DNA from: Salinispira sp.
Lineage (GTDB): Bacteria; Spirochaetota; Spirochaetia; DSM-27196; Salinispiraceae
DNA: 64,000 nt
NCBI GenBank assembly: GCA_965602015.1
Contig: OZ271918.1
Location: 1,248,001 to 1,312,000, forward strand
Direction of reading: 5' to 3'
The position numbers were made by a program, and so were the translations under genes. The notes beneath the pieces are model-generated. The model saw only the letters and a list, made by a program, of their open reading frames with translations, was not told where the DNA came from and did no database searches. Positions within the stretch are counted from its first letter, which is position 1; each line of letters starts with the position of its first letter. This document shows, piece after piece, positions 19,301 to 29,112 of this stretch.

Positions 19301-21604
19301 TTGGCAACGAGTTTCTACATCGGCGATTTCGACCGCATACGGCGGGTCTACGGCACTGACCGGGGGCTGTTTCTTTTGGCGCTGCACTCATTTATGGAGA
19401 TGCACATGAACCGGGAAATGTGCGACTTCGCCGGCCATGTGAGCTACAACGACCGGGGCCAGTCCATAGATCTTCCGTTCTGGAAGAAGGCAAAGCTCTA
19501 CGGTGAATACCTGGCGGAGTGTTCCCTTTCGGCCCGCTATCAGTCCTTGTTCGAGGCCATCGGCCGTGAGCACCGCCAGGCCAACCGGGTGCGCCACGGC
19601 TTTGAAAACATCAGCGAGGACGAGCTGAGGGCGGCTATTTCCAACTTCCGCCGCTTTTGCCAGGCGGCGGGGCTTGAGTCTCCGGTGCTCGAGGAACTGG
19701 CCGAAAAGCTGGAGATCTGGAACGAGCGCAAGGCGGTCATCGATTACGGTGAAGAGCTGTCTGAGCTTCATCAGCTTATCGAGGTTTCCAAGAAGCAGTT
19801 TTCCATATCCGAGGCCGAGCGCAGCTGCCTGGAGAAGCAGGCCGATGAGGCCGCCGAGCTTCAGCGGCAGCTGCGGGTGAAAGATGCCCAGATCGAAAGC
19901 CTGGAGAAGACCGCCGGTCAGCGTAAAGAGAAAATAGACGAGCTTCGCCTTCTGCGCCATGAGCTGGCAGCCAAGGTGAAAGACAGCGAGAACGCCCTTG
20001 CCCGCTTTGATGAGCTTGAGAAAAGCCGACAGGCCTTGGTTCGCCTGTCGGCCCTGACAAGAAGCCGGCGGGATTTCGAGATGCATATCCTGCGCCTCAG
20101 TCAGGACCAGAGCGCCGCCTTGAAGGCCATAAAGCCCGATGAGGATTTTTTGGTCCGGGGCTCGGCGGGAAGCGGCAAGACGGTGGTGCTGCTTCAGGCC
20201 TTGAAGACTAATATCGAGGCCGCCGCGGCTCAGGGCGATTTGCTTGACCGGAATGACCGCGCTCCCTTTGCCCTGTTGACCTTTACCCGCACCCTGGTGA
20301 AGTACGACCGCTACATCTCCTCCATTTTGGACATCTCCGGGGATGAGGATTATCTGCTTATCGAGACGGTGGACCGGCATCTGCTTTCCCTTTGGAAGGG
20401 GTTTTCCCAAGGGCCGGGACGGGAGCGCTGGTTCGGCATTGAGATTATCTACTCCAAGGATCAGTTCGCCACCGCCCGGGATGAACTGGGCGATATTATG
20501 GACGAGCTGGGGGCTTTTGACCTGGGCATGGATGAGGCGGGTATGCTTCGGGAGATCGACGGGTTTTTGTGGGCCTATGGCATTTCCCGTTCTGAATACG
20601 TGGATGACATGATTCCCCGCTCCGGTCTTGAGGGGCGCCGGAGCGCTGAGCAGCGCTCTATTATATGGGATGTGGCCGAGCGCTTCGCCGAGAGGCTGGA
20701 AGAGAACGGGGGCATCACCCGGAACCTGGCCTGCCGGGTTCTTCTGGAAAACTGGGCTTCTGTGGCCGAGGGGGGCGAAGCTCGGTTTCGCACTTGCTTT
20801 ATCGATGAGGTGCAGGATCTTCCCCCTGTCCTGTTGGCGGTCATTCGGAAACAGAGCCGGCATGTGGTTTTGGCCGGTGACGGGGCTCAGACGATTTACG
20901 GGCCGGTGTCTCCCTTAATGAGGGCGGGTTTTGATGCCCGGGGCAGGAGCCGGGTTTTGAGGATGAATTTCCGCAATACGGTTCCCATGCTGGAGACCGC
21001 GGAGGCGTTCCGGGAGAAGGCGGGTATCGGGGTGTCTTCCGCGGATGACAGACCCACGGCTTTCCGTCCGGGGCCGCCGGTGGGGTTTTTTCCCTTTGAG
21101 AGTGACGGCTCGGATGTTATTCGGGAGCGGATTGGGTTTTACCGCCGGGAGCTGGGTTATGATGCGGAGAATATCTGCGTGTTGGCTCCGTCCATGAGGG
21201 TTCTTTCGGGGCTTCAGAAGGTCTTCGGCAACGGGCTTGAGTCGGTGGTGGTGCACCGGCCGGAGTGGGAGTTTGCCGAGCCTGATGGGTCGGGCAGGGT
21301 GGTTGTCGACGGGGTGAGTGAGTTTGATTTTGCGTCTTCTTCGGGGGTGAGGTTGTGTACGCTTCATTCGGCGAAGGGGCTTGATTTTCCGGTGGTGCTG
21401 GTGTTTTTGCCGCATTCGGTGAGGTTGAAGTGGATGGATATGTTGTCCCCGTCCCAGGCTGACGAGACGATGGCGTCGCTGTTGTATGTCGCCTTGACCC
21501 GGGGTTTGGATCATCTGGAGGTGGTTGCCGGGAAGGGGTTCGGGAAGGAGAGACCTGAAGCGGCGCTGCTGGAGGTGTTGGCTGAGCAGGGGCAGGGCGG
21601 CTGA
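19301..21604 (+). CDS. Superfamily 1 (UvrD-like) helicase with N-terminal HEPN/DUF4145-like region and coiled coil
   Basis: GSAGSGKT, IDEVQD, LAGDGAQTIY, NFRN, TLHSAKGLDFPVV, LLYVALTRG; N-terminal RQANRVRH; TTG start with CAGGAG RBS. Confidence 0.85.
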   Translation: MATSFYIGDFDRIRRVYGTDRGLFLLALHSFMEMHMNREMCDFAGHVSYNDRGQSIDLPFWKKAKLYGEYLAECSLSARYQSLFEAIGREHRQANRVRHGFENISEDELRAAISNFRRFCQAAGLESPVLEELAEKLEIWNERKAVIDYGEELSELHQLIEVSKKQFSISEAERSCLEKQADEAAELQRQLRVKDAQIESLEKTAGQRKEKIDELRLLRHELAAKVKDSENALARFDELEKSRQALVRLSALTRSRRDFEMHILRLSQDQSAALKAIKPDEDFLVRGSAGSGKTVVLLQALKTNIEAAAAQGDLLDRNDRAPFALLTFTRTLVKYDRYISSILDISGDEDYLLIETVDRHLLSLWKGFSQGPGRERWFGIEIIYSKDQFATARDELGDIMDELGAFDLGMDEAGMLREIDGFLWAYGISRSEYVDDMIPRSGLEGRRSAEQRSIIWDVAERFAERLEENGGITRNLACRVLLENWASVAEGGEARFRTCFIDEVQDLPPVLLAVIRKQSRHVVLAGDGAQTIYGPVSPLMRAGFDARGRSRVLRMNFRNTVPMLETAEAFREKAGIGVSSADDRPTAFRPGPPVGFFPFESDGSDVIRERIGFYRRELGYDAENICVLAPSMRVLSGLQKVFGNGLESVVVHRPEWEFAEPDGSGRVVVDGVSEFDFASSSGVRLCTLHSAKGLDFPVVLVFLPHSVRLKWMDMLSPSQADETMASLLYVALTRGLDHLEVVAGKGFGKERPEAALLEVLAEQGQGG

Positions 21605-21820
21605 AGTATAGGGTCCGGCGGAGTACCGCGGAGTTCTTTGGAGTTTGGCGGGTATTAGGGAGAGAAAAGAGTGTTTACGATAATTGCACTGATTTTTAGT
21701 TTGGTGGCCGGTGTTGCCCAATGGGCGATTTTATTTGTGGTTCTTGCATATGTTGCCTGGTTTCTTGGCTGGATATAGGGCCACATACTGCTTTATGTAC
21801 TATTTGCTTTGATTTTTGTA

Positions 21821-21916
21821 TTACCGCGGATTTGATGGCCTTGGTTCTTGGGAAGATGGTGGTCTTTTGGTGTTTATAGGTGGTGTTAGAGGCTGCCTTG
21901 CGCGGATTCTCGCGGA
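21821..21916. repeat. Left arm of the inverted-repeat element, upstream of the GxxExxY gene
   Basis: ACCGCGGAT at 21823 and GCGCGGATTCTCGCGGA at 21900, same spacing as copies 1-4. Confidence 0.8.
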
Positions 21917-22119
21917 AATAGTAAAGATTGTATTGTTTTGTAGACGGGGTGCGACGGTTGTGCAGGAATAAAAGGCTGGATGTGTTGCTCCTTCCGGGGT
22001 TTTTAATTGTAGCCTTCGGTCGCAGCTTGTAAAGGCACGCTTCGCTCTTCGCCTTCGGCTCGGCCTTGACAAGCCGCTCCCTTCACGCTCCTTCGGGGTA
22101 AAACCCGGAGGAGGTCAGC

Positions 22120-22496
22120 ATGGGAAAGTTGCTGCATGAGTCGATGAGTTATGAGGTTGTGGGTGCGCTGTTTGAGGTGCATAAGGAGTTGGGTCCAGGG
22201 CTTTTGAGAGTGCGTATGAAGGGGCTCTTGTTATTGAGCTGCAGGACCGGGGCTTAAGTGTTGGCCGGCAGGTGGTGTACCCACTGGAGTACAAGGGCAG
22301 AACTGCCGGGGCGTACATTGCGGACCTGGTGGTTGAGGACTGCATTATTGTGGAGTTGAAGGCGGTCAGGGCGCTCAATGAGCTTATGCAGGCTCAGCTG
22401 TTGAACTACCTGCGGTTGAGCGGGTTGCAGGTTGGGTACCTGGTTAACATGGCCGGGGCTGAGGTGGTTTGGAAGCGGTTGGTTTTGTCGGGGTGA
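22120..22496 (+). pseudogene. GxxExxY family PD-(D/E)xK nuclease-like protein, one-base frameshift at ~22206
   Basis: GGAGG RBS; MGKLLHESMSYEVVGALFEVHKELGPGLL joins ESAYEGAL...ADLVVEDCIIVELKAV...AQLLNYLR in the -1 frame (~125 aa). Confidence 0.88.
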
Positions 22497-22607
22497 GGGT
22501 GGTTATACCTCAGTATTCTCAACCAAATTGTTAAATAACCGGCGGGACTTTATAAGCTTTTGAAATAGTGACCATGTGTATCACAGCGAGTGATGAAGGA
22601 GACCCAT

Positions 22608-23567
22608 ATGGAATATATAAATAACCTAAAGGCGATTCTTCACTCAAAACGGGCTAACATCTTCTATCTCGAAAAATGTAGAGTGCTAATGAAAGATGGT
22701 CGAGTTGTATATCTGACTGAAACTAAAATGGAAAATCAGTATTTCAACATACCGGTCGCAAATACAACAGTAATCCTTCTAGGAATGGGAACTTCCATAA
22801 CGCAAGCAGCAGTACGGATGCTATCATCCGCAGGCGTATTGCTAGGCTTTAGCGGGACCGGTGGTACTCCCCTCTTTATGGGTTCAGAGATAGAATGGAT
22901 GACTCCTCAAAGTGAATATCGCCCGACAGAGTATGTGCAAGGATGGTTATCCTTTTGGTTTGATGAAGACAAGCGTCTTTCAGTTGCAAAACATTTCCAA
23001 CAGGCAAGAGTAAAATTCTTATCTCAGGTTTGGAGTAAAGACCGAGATCTACAGGACCATCAGTTTTTCTGCGATGAAGACGATATACAACGAGCAATTG
23101 AAATATTTACCAACGAGATCCCAGAGGCAGGCTCAACAGAATACCTTTTGAGCAGCGAAGCACAATTTACGAAACGATTATATAAAGCTGCCGCATTACG
23201 TACCGGAAACTCTCGTTTTACAAGGGAACGATCATCTAGTGACAAGGCAAACACTTTTCTCAACCATGGGAACTACCTTGCATATGGTTTGGCTGCTACA
23301 TGTCTATGGGTCTTGGGAATACCCCACGGGTTTGCGGTAATGCATGGTAAAACTCGGCGTGGAGCTCTGGTTTTTGATGTTGCAGATATTATTAAAGACG
23401 CAATTATACTACCATGGGCATTCATTTGTGCCCAAGTCGATATGAATGATCAGGATTTCAGACAGCATTGTTTAGTCCAATTTACGAAACATAAGGCATT
23501 GGATGCAATGTTTGCCCTTATAAAAAATATTGCTGTGCACAAGGGCGATAGTGGAGCAATGGGATGA
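22608..23567 (+). CDS. cas1f: Type I-F CRISPR-associated endonuclease Cas1
   Basis: LKAILHSKRAN; GTSITQAAVR; NHGNYLAYGL; HGKTRRGALVFDVAD; AAGGAG RBS before ATG 22608. Confidence 0.97.
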   Translation: MEYINNLKAILHSKRANIFYLEKCRVLMKDGRVVYLTETKMENQYFNIPVANTTVILLGMGTSITQAAVRMLSSAGVLLGFSGTGGTPLFMGSEIEWMTPQSEYRPTEYVQGWLSFWFDEDKRLSVAKHFQQARVKFLSQVWSKDRDLQDHQFFCDEDDIQRAIEIFTNEIPEAGSTEYLLSSEAQFTKRLYKAAALRTGNSRFTRERSSSDKANTFLNHGNYLAYGLAATCLWVLGIPHGFAVMHGKTRRGALVFDVADIIKDAIILPWAFICAQVDMNDQDFRQHCLVQFTKHKALDAMFALIKNIAVHKGDSGAMG

Positions 23568-26500
23568 TTGTAACCTTTATTTCCCAATGTGATAAAAAAG
23601 CATTAATCCGTACCCGACGAATTCTTGATACCTATGCATCAAGAATTGGGAGTCGTACCTGGCAAACCGTCATTACTATGGATGGATTGGCTGCAGTGAA
23701 AAAGCACCTTCGAAAATCTGCGACAAGAAATACAGCAGTCTCGTGCCATCTACTCCGTGGAAGAACCCGAACAGAATTACTCTGGGTAGTTGGTAACAGA
23801 CACAAGTTTAATTCCGAAGGTGTAGTTCCAGTGCACACAACTAAAAAGGATGTCTTTTCAGGACTATATGAAAGCGACTGGAATCTTCTACCCGTGATCA
23901 AGATTATTGCTGCTATATCTGCCTTGCTTCATGATTGGGGTAAGGCTTCTGAGCTTTTCCAATCAAAACTGCATCCAAGGACTAAAAGTAAAGAAAAACC
24001 TATTGGTGATCCGGTTCGTCACGAATGGGTGTCGTGTTACTTGTTTGCCGAATTTGTAAGAAGCTGTGGCTCAACAGATCAAGAGTGGCTCGAGGCACTG
24101 TCTGACGGTAGGTTGGATGAGAAAAAAATCATCCAGTCTGCGCAAGCCTCTAAAAAAACATTGATCGAAAAAGTAAGGCATGTTCGATCAGACCTGCCTC
24201 CTCTGGCCAGTGTCATTCTGTATATTCTGCTGACACATCATCGCCTCCCTGTGTACCGCGGAGATGGTCGATCGAAATGGAAAGGGATAAAACGATGCTC
24301 ATTTAAGGAGATGTTGCAAATAATCAGCTATGAATGGAGTTATGCAAATTATATAGAGTCAGAAGATCAACAATGTAGATTGCCCCTCTGTTTTTCATTC
24401 CCACATGGTATATGTGCGGATTCACCAGTATGGATGAAGCAAATTAAAAAGTGGTCGCAAAGAGCACTGGAAAGATACGCATCATTTGCAGAAACAATCA
24501 ATTCGCCAGGATTTCGCAATATCATTCATTTTTCGAGATTGGCTGTTATGTTGGGTGATCATATCTATTCATCGCAACAGGCAGATTCCACGTGGATAAC
24601 CGACACCCCCTTGTACGCGAATACTGAAAAAGACAACAGTTTAAAGCAGAAGCTTGATGAGCATTTAGTGGGTGTTATGAAGCAGGCACTCAAAATAGCA
24701 CACTTGCTACCAAGACTTGAGTCGTCGATAGACGCAGCCCATGATGTCCAGAGCCTAAAGGCCTCTGCAAGACCTGGAACAAAATTTTACTGGCAGGATA
24801 AAGCAGTAGAGAAGATTTCCTCATGGAGAACTGAACAGGCGGATTTACTCAAGAAGCAGGATCAGTCGTTCGGCTTCTTCACAGTGAATATGGCGAGTAC
24901 AGGGTGCGGCAAAACAATTGCTAACGCGAAAGCAATGCAAGCCTTGTCCCGAGATCGCGATAGCTTACAGTACACACTGGCATTAGGTCTGCGAACATTA
25001 ACTTTACAGACCGGTGATGAATACAAAGAACGTTTAGGACTGGATGAAACCGAGCTTGCGGTTTTGATTGGATCCAAAGCTATTACAACACTACACCGTG
25101 AATGGCACAACGAACAGCACAACGAAGAGAGTGAAGACACGGATTACATGAGTTCAGAATCTGCGGAATCACTGCTGGAAGACCATATTGACTTTGCCTG
25201 TGACATCCCTGAAGGTGATTTTCACACACTTCTCAAAACAGAGAAAGATCGTCAAATGCTGTTTGCTCCCGTGTTGTCCTGTACAATCGATCACATGATG
25301 GCTGCCACCGAAACCACTCGGGGTGGAAGATGGATATTGCCGTTTATGCGCCTAATGACCAGCGACCTTGTGATAGACGAGATCGATGATTTTAGCGGCA
25401 CAGATATAATCGCGGTTGGGCGTCTAGTGTTTCTGGCAGGGATGTTAGGCCGAAAGGTAATGATCTCTTCGGCGACAATAACACCCGATATCGCCGAGGG
25501 CTATTTCCATACTTATCATCAGGGATGGACTACATACTCAGCATCAAGAAACGTAAATGAAACTATCGGTTGTTGCTGGATCGATGAATTCAGAACAGTG
25601 ACATCGACAGTACAGGATTCCAACTCAATCAGTGCATCGCGCACATATGCAAATCAACATAAAAATTTCATTGAAAAGCGGGTTCGTAGCCTTCGTGCTA
25701 GCAGGAACCAGAAAGGAGCTCGTAGAATTGGGCAGTTAGTTCAATGCAAAGATCTTTTAGAAATTGAATCCGAACAAGAACGGGAAGAAGCTTTTTTTAT
25801 GCGTTCTACTCAATCCATATTGAGTCTTCATCAAGACAACTGCCATATCGATCCGACGACCGGAAAAATGGTTTCCTTTGGCTGTATGCGGATGGCAAAC
25901 ATTGATCCTTGCGTTTCCATGACAAAATACCTGCTTAACCGTGAATGGCCTGAAGATGTTTGTGTGTATGCAATGGCATATCATTCCCGTCAGGTTCTGC
26001 TGTTACGGAATGAGCAAGAGCGGCACCTGGACAGTGTACTAAAGTGCAAAACCGAGGAACCCCGAAGTGAAGCATTCAGCAACCCGGTAATTCGAAATCA
26101 AATAGAAAAAAGTGCTGCTGCGAATGTTGTATTCGTGCTTGTAGCAACACCGGTAGAAGAGGTCGGCAGAGATCATGATTTTGATTGGGCGGTTATCGAG
26201 CCTTCTTCGTATCGGTCAATTATTCAGTTAGCAGGGCGGGTAATGCGTCATCGCAGCGATGTTGTACAGAAACCAAACATTGCTATTCTGGAATTCAACC
26301 GAAATGGTCTGCTTTCTAAAAAAGCTCAGCCTGTATTTACCCGTCCTGGATTCGAAACCGACAATATGCTATTGAACTCTCATTCCATGGCTAGTTTGGT
26401 CAATATACGAGATATGGAAAAAGGGATCGATGCGGTTCCCAGAATCAGCAGGAATCCGGAACTGAAACCGAATGATTCTTTGGTCGATCTGGAACACTAC

Positions 26501-26950
26501 AGTATACACACCAGTTTGACAAATTATGAGCTAGTACCTGGACCTGAAACGATAAATGGCTGGTTCAATAACAACTACTGGTGGCTGACCGGCCAGGCAC
26601 AACAATATAAGTACGCACCCTTTCGCGAAGGAGAACCCCAGATTGAAATATGCGACATTCACAGTGAAAACAGAAGATACTTTAGTGAATGGGAACAAGG
26701 CCACAAGAAATGGCTCGATCGTGAACAGGTATACAGAATAGATAGGGAACAAGATGAAGATATAAGATCTGAACGATTATGGTTTAAGCGTGACTATCGT
26801 GATTTACTGTACAGGAGAGAAGAACTGTATGGGCAACCACCGGACAAAGCATCTGAGATATTTGGACGCTTGACATTTCCCAAAAGATTCGAAGGTAACA
26901 AACTACTATATTCCGAACAGTTTGGTTTAGTTGAGGACAGGCGAGAATGA
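23564..26950 (+). CDS. cas3f: Type I-F Cas2-Cas3 fusion helicase/nuclease
   Basis: Cas2-like N-terminus (SQCDKKAL...RTWQTVIT); HD motif LLHDWGK; ASTGCGKT; DEIDD; ATPVEEVGRDHDFDWA. Confidence 0.97.
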   Translation: MIVTFISQCDKKALIRTRRILDTYASRIGSRTWQTVITMDGLAAVKKHLRKSATRNTAVSCHLLRGRTRTELLWVVGNRHKFNSEGVVPVHTTKKDVFSGLYESDWNLLPVIKIIAAISALLHDWGKASELFQSKLHPRTKSKEKPIGDPVRHEWVSCYLFAEFVRSCGSTDQEWLEALSDGRLDEKKIIQSAQASKKTLIEKVRHVRSDLPPLASVILYILLTHHRLPVYRGDGRSKWKGIKRCSFKEMLQIISYEWSYANYIESEDQQCRLPLCFSFPHGICADSPVWMKQIKKWSQRALERYASFAETINSPGFRNIIHFSRLAVMLGDHIYSSQQADSTWITDTPLYANTEKDNSLKQKLDEHLVGVMKQALKIAHLLPRLESSIDAAHDVQSLKASARPGTKFYWQDKAVEKISSWRTEQADLLKKQDQSFGFFTVNMASTGCGKTIANAKAMQALSRDRDSLQYTLALGLRTLTLQTGDEYKERLGLDETELAVLIGSKAITTLHREWHNEQHNEESEDTDYMSSESAESLLEDHIDFACDIPEGDFHTLLKTEKDRQMLFAPVLSCTIDHMMAATETTRGGRWILPFMRLMTSDLVIDEIDDFSGTDIIAVGRLVFLAGMLGRKVMISSATITPDIAEGYFHTYHQGWTTYSASRNVNETIGCCWIDEFRTVTSTVQDSNSISASRTYANQHKNFIEKRVRSLRASRNQKGARRIGQLVQCKDLLEIESEQEREEAFFMRSTQSILSLHQDNCHIDPTTGKMVSFGCMRMANIDPCVSMTKYLLNREWPEDVCVYAMAYHSRQVLLLRNEQERHLDSVLKCKTEEPRSEAFSNPVIRNQIEKSAAANVVFVLVATPVEEVGRDHDFDWAVIEPSSYRSIIQLAGRVMRHRSDVVQKPNIAILEFNRNGLLSKKAQPVFTRPGFETDNMLLNSHSMASLVNIRDMEKGIDAVPRISRNPELKPNDSLVDLEHYSIHTSLTNYELVPGPETINGWFNNNYWWLTGQAQQYKYAPFREGEPQIEICDIHSENRRYFSEWEQGHKKWLDREQVYRIDREQDEDIRSERLWFKRDYRDLLYRREELYGQPPDKASEIFGRLTFPKRFEGNKLLYSEQFGLVEDRRE

Positions 26951-26962
26951 AAAGGAGGGCGT

Positions 26963-28216
26963 ATGAGTGAAGAAATCCGTAGGTTCTTTGCGGAAAGGCG
27001 GAAGTCGTGGTTAAATAGCCCGGATCAGCGAAAAAAAGTCAAAAACGGGGTTTTACAAGAGGAACTAGAACAAGAGGCAGATGAAAAATTTGATCCAGCT
27101 GAGTGGTGTGCAGAAAATGCTCGGAGGGCAAAGTCGCTTAGTTTGGTAACTCATAACCCCAAGTTTTCACATCCCGATATAAAGATTAAAGATGTAAATG
27201 TGATACAGGTCACAGCTCAGCAGAAAGACGATGGTTATTTGCGTACAGGAAATTGTGAGTATAAGTCCGATGCCTATGGAGATGCAGCATCACTAGCAGT
27301 ATTAAAATTCTTGCAGCTTGAGATGGTAGATGGGAAAACTATTTTGGAACACTTTGAACGTAATTCTGAGGAATTACGTAGGGTACTAGGGATATCGACG
27401 AATCAATTCACAGAGTTACGGGAACAGTTTCTAAAGATTAAATTACCCAAAAGCAATGACACAACGAGCGATCTCCTAAAGCAGGTCTATTTCCCGGTAG
27501 GAGACGGTTATCATTTACTGTCATTGATTACACCAGGAGGCCTGGTTTCGGTTCAAAAGCAACGACTTGATGATCTGCGATTCGGAGAGGATGTGAAAGA
27601 AGTCAGAGAACTAAAGAGAAAAGGGAATTATAGTGATTCTGGTTATGCGGACATCCCAAACCTGACTGTCATTGGTTATGGTGGAACAAAAGCTCAGAAC
27701 ATAGGTCAATTAAACAACGAGAATGGTGGTAAAGCAACTATGCTTATGACTTTGCCCCCTGCTCTGCAAAACAGGAAGGTACATCCACCGCGAAGGAATT
27801 TCTTTCAGAACTGCTTACACCTTAATACGTTTGAGGAGTTTTTTGACTCATTAGATCACTTGAGAGCAACAGATTATAACAACGCCTCAATACGGAGCGC
27901 AATTGAGCACTGGTACAAGAAGATTATTGACCAAATAGTTGCGCATGCATGGGACATTCGTCGAGAATATACCGGCTGGTCGTATGATGAGCGTTATTCT
28001 GCTGTTCCAATGCATCAAAAAATCTGGCTCGATGATGAAAGACACGGTGAGGGGAACTTGAGCGAAGATTGGCGGCGAGAAGTAATTGAAGAATTAGTTC
28101 GCTGGATACAAAAAACGTACGAAAAGCGCAAGAACTTGAAGGGTCCCAAATTTGATAGTAGCGAGATTCAATTTATGACCAGGCTGGTCAGTGAAAGTAA
28201 GGAGGGGCTGGTATGA
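26963..28216 (+). CDS. csy1: Type I-F Csy1 (Cas8f)
   Basis: THNPKFSHPD; KQVYFPV; YHLLS; GGTKAQNI; operon position. Confidence 0.93.
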   Translation: MSEEIRRFFAERRKSWLNSPDQRKKVKNGVLQEELEQEADEKFDPAEWCAENARRAKSLSLVTHNPKFSHPDIKIKDVNVIQVTAQQKDDGYLRTGNCEYKSDAYGDAASLAVLKFLQLEMVDGKTILEHFERNSEELRRVLGISTNQFTELREQFLKIKLPKSNDTTSDLLKQVYFPVGDGYHLLSLITPGGLVSVQKQRLDDLRFGEDVKEVRELKRKGNYSDSGYADIPNLTVIGYGGTKAQNIGQLNNENGGKATMLMTLPPALQNRKVHPPRRNFFQNCLHLNTFEEFFDSLDHLRATDYNNASIRSAIEHWYKKIIDQIVAHAWDIRREYTGWSYDERYSAVPMHQKIWLDDERHGEGNLSEDWRREVIEELVRWIQKTYEKRKNLKGPKFDSSEIQFMTRLVSESKEGLV

Positions 28217-29094
28217 AACGGTTACTAATTATCCCTCACTTATTTGTTCAGAATGCGAACGCACAGTCGAGCCCGTATACAATCGGATTCCCTGCCATGA
28301 CAGCCTTTCTTGGGGCTACCCATGCTTTCCAACGGATATTATCAAAGCGATACCCTGAGTTCCGGGTAATATCCACAGGTGTAGTTTGTCATAGCATGGA
28401 GTTGCATACACACAAGGGATATGGAGATTTTGTGCATTCCGTGATCAATACGGCCAATCCGATAAAGAAAGATGGCACGCGGCCATCATTTATAGAAGAG
28501 CCCAAATGCTCCCTGGATATTTCTTTGATTATGGAAATAGCCGGCATGCCATTTGGTATTGAAGAGCAAAAGTTCCTACAGATTGCTTCGTCTACGCTCG
28601 ACTCGAAAATGCGTATTGCAGGAGGTGACATCCTCGGGTATCAGTCGCTCATGTATGAATCGGTCGATCCGGGGGATGTTGCTTCATTTGCCAGGTTCAA
28701 GCAACTGTTGATGCCAGGATATGCATTGGTTGAACGTCGAGACCTTATGATCCAAGAAATGAAGGATGGTCATGATGCCTTGGATGCGCTGTTGAACTGC
28801 ATGAAGATATATCATACCTGTGATCAATCCGAGGACGGAACCGTTGAATGGCAGAGTAAACGGAAATATCCCGGATGGCTTGTTCCGGTTGCTGTGGGCT
28901 ACCAGGGTATATCTGAACTTGGAGAGGTGAGTCGACAACGAGAACCAACAGTACCTCATCGTTTCGCGGAGGCAATAGTTACACTTGGCGAATTCGTTAT
29001 GCCGTACAGATTGAAAGAAGTTGACAAGTTATTATGGCACTATGAAGTTGATCAAGAAAACGTTTTATATCTTTGTAGACAACAAAATAACTAG
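28213..29094 (+). CDS. csy2: Type I-F Csy2 (Cas5f)
   Basis: VQNANAQSSPYTIGFPAMTAFLG; GWLVPVAVGYQGIS; HRFAE. Confidence 0.95.
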   Translation: MKRLLIIPHLFVQNANAQSSPYTIGFPAMTAFLGATHAFQRILSKRYPEFRVISTGVVCHSMELHTHKGYGDFVHSVINTANPIKKDGTRPSFIEEPKCSLDISLIMEIAGMPFGIEEQKFLQIASSTLDSKMRIAGGDILGYQSLMYESVDPGDVASFARFKQLLMPGYALVERRDLMIQEMKDGHDALDALLNCMKIYHTCDQSEDGTVEWQSKRKYPGWLVPVAVGYQGISELGEVSRQREPTVPHRFAEAIVTLGEFVMPYRLKEVDKLLWHYEVDQENVLYLCRQQNN

Positions 29095-29112
29095 ATCTAA
29101 CAGGAGAACGAA

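Noticed and set aside
19388..21721. Long antisense ORFs (491 aa, 268 aa) opposite the helicase
   Set aside because: Shadow frames of a GC-rich gene with no motifs; the plus strand carries all helicase motifs
21671..21835. Short hydrophobic ORF (35 aa, with possible read-through of a TAG)
   Set aside because: G/T-rich composition alone yields hydrophobic translations; no independent support
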